Below are positions 63,296 to 64,000 of a DNA stretch of 64,000 bases, one piece after another. How positions within the stretch are numbered: position 1 is the stretch's first letter; every line of letters starts with the position of its first letter. The notes under the pieces are model-generated. The model did no database searches and was not told the DNA's origin. It was given only the letters and a program-made list of their open reading frames with translations. The position numbers and the translations under genes are program-made. The DNA is from Octopus sinensis (lineage: Eukaryota): contig NC_042999.1 in NCBI RefSeq assembly GCF_006345805.1, positions 11,718,001 to 11,782,000 on the forward strand. Direction: 5' to 3'.

Positions 63296-64000
63296 TACAT
63301 CTAGAACCATGCTTCATTTTTGTCTTCTAAAGATGATAGGATGTGATACAAGGGAAGTTTAGCTGCTGTTTAGAGCTCTGGCATCAACCATTTTGTTCTC
63401 ATATTTCTGTTGAAATATTCTGCCTTTCTTTCAATTGATTTTCAAAATAATAAGGAATTTAGTGAAATAACTTTGTCATTTTTAAGTTTGGAACAGAAAC
63501 CAAGATGAAATTTTGACGGAAGGCTTTAACTTGGGTCACTTTATTTACCATATTTCTTTTCAAAGACATTGCTTTCGTTTCAATTGATCTTGAAAATAAC
63601 GAAGACCTTCGTCAAATGTCATTAAGTTGGCATGAATAAGTTAATATGAAATTTTGTTGGAAGGCTCTTAATTTAAATCACTTTTAAACATGAAATTTGC
63701 ACCATAGCAGTAGGGGTGGTCTCAGGTGGATTGGCCTAAAAAAAAGGTGAATGATACAATTTCTGTTTTTTGTTTTTGTCTTTTTCTTTCCCATTCGTTC
63801 ATCCTTAATGAATATGTGTTCTCTTTGTGGAATCTAATCAGTTCTTGATGTCTTTAAAGTCAGTCAGCTGCTAACTAACACCCAAACAGACCATGTACAT
63901 TGATATTCAAGATAATATCTGCAACATCTCCATTACAGATGCGGAGAAACAAGGTACATTTCTTTGAGTAGAATATTCTTCCTCTTGTGATTATATTTTG

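Noticed and set aside
62750-63960. Possible exons near 62.8 kb and 63.9 kb
   Set aside because: Either strand is plausible, signals are weak and the window ends

Overview
AT-rich eukaryotic genomic DNA dominated by repeats. The repeat families (RTE LINEs with (GAT)n tails, Dong/R4-like LINEs in (TAA)n, Penelope-like elements, tRNA-derived SINEs, dense microsatellites) point to a coleoid cephalopod, probably Octopus; this is inference, no database was consulted. Almost all ORFs in the supplied track are microsatellite or antisense artefacts or transposon remnants. By hand I traced a minus-strand spliced gene through eight GT-AG exons (51916 to 32605) whose reading phases chain correctly; two of the eight have weak splice sites and I cannot name the product. 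A CpG-rich promoter-like zone lies at about 56.4-58.2 kb. A weaker set of minus-strand candidate exons (27974 to 9012) may be a second gene or a continuation. The most notable observations: (i) several hammerhead-ribozyme motifs tied to Penelope-type ends, including a family that appears to join a tRNA-derived head to a hammerhead tail; (ii) an RTE family with a C4HC3 PHD finger inside the RT domain and an array of about 67-bp hairpin units in its 3' UTR; (iii) a near full-length Tc1-like element with DD36E spacing; (iv) several long palindromes. Repeat boundaries are approximate; exon boundaries were counted from the sequence.
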